From a virus, in the UHGV virus genome UHGV-0246708: DNA of 46,716 nucleotides; one strand, 5' to 3'. A model generated the notes under the pieces. The model was not told the origin of the DNA and did not search any database. It saw nothing but the letters and a program-made list of their open reading frames with translations. Shown one piece after another: positions 44,935 through 46,716 of the stretch; the first letter of the stretch is position 1; the number at the start of each line of letters is the position of its first letter. The position numbers were made by a program, and so were the translations under genes.

Positions 44935-45183
44935 TTATGCACTAATCAAAGATTTCCTTACAAGCATTTTCTCAATGACAAGTTGATTTCGTTTATTCAA
45001 GTGACCATAGACCGCTAATTCAGATCGTTCAGGTAACATTAGTAGCGTATTTGCCAGCTCGTTTTTCGAGACGATACAGTTTATAGTTTCGTCCTGTGTT
45101 ACTAATGAGAATCGAACTAGCATTTTTGGGTACATACTTAACATTCTAATCTTATCAACTACTCCTACATAATTAGTTTTCAT
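44935..45183 (-). CDS. Hypothetical 82-aa protein with its own promoter and a strong RBS. It lies adjacent to attP on the side that becomes the attR end after integration.
   Basis: RBS AGGAGGG 7 nt before the ATG. Upstream promoter TAGACA-18-TATAAT on the minus strand. No recognisable domain. Confidence 0.55.
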   Translation of the reverse strand: MKTNYVGVVDKIRMLSMYPKMLVRFSLVTQDETINCIVSKNELANTLLMLPERSELAVYGHLNKRNQLVIEKMLVRKSLISA

Positions 45184-45249
45184 ACTATCGCCCTCCTAGT
45201 AATATAATTATACCGAATGTATGTTCGTGTTGTCTATAGAAAAATTTTG

Positions 45250-45570
45250 TAAATCTATGAAATGATAAAAACAAATGGTGATACATTTGGTGATACATCT
45301 GAAATATCTATGAAAAAAATGTAAATAGTGAAAGACTTCAATAACTAATAAATCATTGATATATAAGTAATCGGAAAGAATGAAATCTATGGAAATGTTT
45401 TATCTAACAAACGCAACATGTTCGCTTTATTAGGTAAACCAGGTTTTGAAGAATTAGCAAAAGATTTAAATGCACGCCTATAAAACAGCATTCTAAGATA
45501 ATTTTTAGCTTTGCGGTGATACAAAGATGTTTGCTTTGAAATATTTTTGGTGATACAAATGGTGATACAT
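45250..45570. repeat. attP-like region. Five direct copies of (T)GGTGATACA, two at about 45276 and 45288 and three at about 45514, 45548 and 45560, are candidate integrase arm-type sites. There are also three copies of ATCTATG(A/G)AA and an AACATGTT-centred palindrome at about 45411-45424 that is a candidate core.
   Basis: Repeats seen directly in the sequence. The region lies immediately 3' of int between convergent genes, as expected for attP. Confidence 0.5.
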
Positions 45571-45580
45571 TTATAAATAA

Positions 45581-45612
45581 AATCAGGTAACGTTTTAGTT
45601 ACCTGATTTTTT
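45581..45612 (-). terminator. Hairpin ATCAGGTAAC-GTTTTA-GTTACCTGAT overlapping the int stop and followed by a T run. It is the int terminator and reads bidirectionally.
   Basis: Perfect 10-bp inverted repeat seen in the sequence. Confidence 0.5.
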
Positions 45613-46716
45613 GTGTTGCATTTGATATAATTCAAGTTTATTTACAGCTCGTTCTTTAACTTCAGCAGATACGTGTGCATATATCTCAGTTGTTTTAACG
45701 TTCTTGTGACCAAGCATGTCTTTAATATCCTCAAGTGGAACTCCTGCTTGTCGTAAACGAGCAGCATTAGTATGGCGACCGTCATGAATTCTGATTTTTG
45801 GTAAGTTTGCTTTTTGAATGATTCGGTGCCAAGCCGTGTCAACGGATCGTTGACGAATAGGTAAGCCAACGTTTTTTCCTCTATGATTGATAAATAAAAA
45901 ATCTTGGTTTGAGTTAGTCATAGGTAATACATTACTTGTAAGATCATAATTAATACCATAGAGTTCTAAGACGGAGTTTCTCACTCTGTTTGTCATTTTT
46001 AGAGACCTTTTACCAGCATCAGTTTTAACGTCATCTAAAATTACTTGACCAGGTCGTTCTTTTCTATACAAACGCTGCTTGTCAAATGTGAGAATATTAT
46101 CTCTAAAATCAAAGTTAAACCATCGTAAGGCCATTACTTCACCTTTTCTTAATCCTAAATCAAAAATAATTAAAAAAAATACATACCACATATACTCATC
46201 AAAATTTCTTGCAGTGTCGAGGAACAGATTTTCCTGCTCTAAAGTATAGAATTCTAGTTTCTTTTCTTTATTAGTTTTTTCTTTTACTTTATCTAATGGA
46301 AACTCTACTAAGTAGGTAGGATTACTTTTTACAAAACCTAATTTTTGTGCCTTTTTGAAAGCATTGGACAAGGCGGCATTTACAATTTTTACTGTGTTAT
46401 AACTGAGCCCGTTTTTATTTTTTCCTAATTCTTTATTCGTAAATAAGCTATTAATAAATTTTTGGTGATCTGCAGGTTTATATTTATTTAATTGATAATT
46501 TCCTATATATGGATCAATATACATACGGATAGCATCTCGATAGACAATTCGTGATCCTTCCTTAACATTGTTTTTATACTCATTGATCCATATATTCATA
46601 AATTTTGAAATAGTCATTTTTTGTGGGTTTTCTTTAACGAATTCTTCAGATGCAATTTGTCCTTCAACTATTTTTGCAGCCTTCAAAGCTTCCTTATGAC
46701 TTCTAAAACCTCTCTT
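45595..46716 (-). CDS. int: Tyrosine integrase, C-terminal 373 codons. The ORF is open to the window edge and continues in frame at 105..1.
   Basis: Catalytic signature R...HDGRHT (HxxR)...LGH...TTEIYAHV (catalytic Tyr). The frame stays open through 46716 (..KRGFRSHKEALKAAK..). Codon boundaries at both window ends match. Confidence 0.9.
   Translation of the reverse strand, partial: KRGFRSHKEALKAAKIVEGQIASEEFVKENPQKMTISKFMNIWINEYKNNVKEGSRIVYRDAIRMYIDPYIGNYQLNKYKPADHQKFINSLFTNKELGKNKNGLSYNTVKIVNAALSNAFKKAQKLGFVKSNPTYLVEFPLDKVKEKTNKEKKLEFYTLEQENLFLDTARNFDEYMWYVFFLIIFDLGLRKGEVMALRWFNFDFRDNILTFDKQRLYRKERPGQVILDDVKTDAGKRSLKMTNRVRNSVLELYGINYDLTSNVLPMTNSNQDFLFINHRGKNVGLPIRQRSVDTAWHRIIQKANLPKIRIHDGRHTNAARLRQAGVPLEDIKDMLGHKNVKTTEIYAHVSAEVKERAVNKLELYQMQHKKSGN

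Noticed and set aside
45411-45424. AACATGTT palindrome as a LexA box
   Set aside because: The spacing is GAAC-N2-GTTC rather than N4. It is kept only as a possible integrase core-type site.
45387-45869. Minus-strand ORFs 45387..45635 and 45642..45869 in and near the att region and the int 3' end
   Set aside because: The first lies across the repeat-rich attP region with no RBS. The second is out of frame inside int.
45595-46716. A second, separate integrase or second mobile element at the right end
   Set aside because: It joins in frame, on an exact codon boundary, with the integrase N-terminus at 105..1. It is one gene in a circular map.
1-46716. CRISPR arrays, IS elements or transposases, rRNA
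   Set aside because: No regularly spaced repeat-spacer structure, no transposase-like ORF and no rRNA-like sequence seen anywhere in the window.

Overview
The window reads as a complete, circularly permuted temperate phage genome of about 46.7 kb from a low-GC Firmicute (Listeria- or Enterococcus-like codon usage and signals). The evidence for circularity is that the tyrosine-integrase gene is split across the two window ends and joins in frame: residues 1-35 sit at 105..1 (minus strand) and the rest at 46716..45595 (minus strand). Going rightwards from the left end, the layout is:

- **Lysogeny module (minus strand):** int, a 96-aa ORF, a secreted lipoprotein (candidate Ltp-like superinfection exclusion), an ImmA/IrrE-like peptidase, a cI-like XRE repressor, then operator repeats and a divergent cro.
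- **Early region:** HTH and excisionase-family proteins, small membrane proteins, an SMC/SbcC-like ATPase, a possible ssDNA-annealing protein, an MBL-fold hydrolase, a DnaD-like replication protein, a RecU-like resolvase, YopX, a DUF3850/ASCH-like protein and many small ORFs.
- **Late regulation and an inserted island:** an ArpU-family late regulator, then a 2.8-kb AT-rich moron island holding an aberrant tRNA-like gene, an ORF6N/KilA-C antirepressor, a 158-aa minus-strand ORF and a 263-aa protein with an Rx4H (HEPN-like) motif.
- **Packaging and head:** terS, terL, portal, an SPP1 gp7-like minor head protein with a C-terminal ADP-ribosyltransferase-like domain, scaffold and major capsid.
- **Tail:** a PBSX-like contractile-type tail and baseplate module (sheath-like, tube-like, chaperone pair joined by an apparent +1 frameshift, a 1722-aa tape measure with M23 peptidase and SLT domains, an XkdP-like LysM protein, baseplate J, tail fiber, XkdX).
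- **Lysis:** XhlA-like protein, holin, and a Sec-signal amidase endolysin.
- **Right end:** a phage-encoded tRNA-Met(CAU), a strong sigma-A-type promoter with a structured leader driving an AT-rich two-gene operon of unknown function (134 aa Cys-rich plus 387 aa), a promoter-equipped 82-aa minus-strand gene, and an attP-like region with five GGTGATACA arm-type repeats abutting int.

The two-gene operon is the best candidate for a novel lysogen-expressed accessory or defence system. CDS coordinates follow the ORF track where one exists. Non-ORF coordinates were counted by eye and may be off by 1-2 nt.
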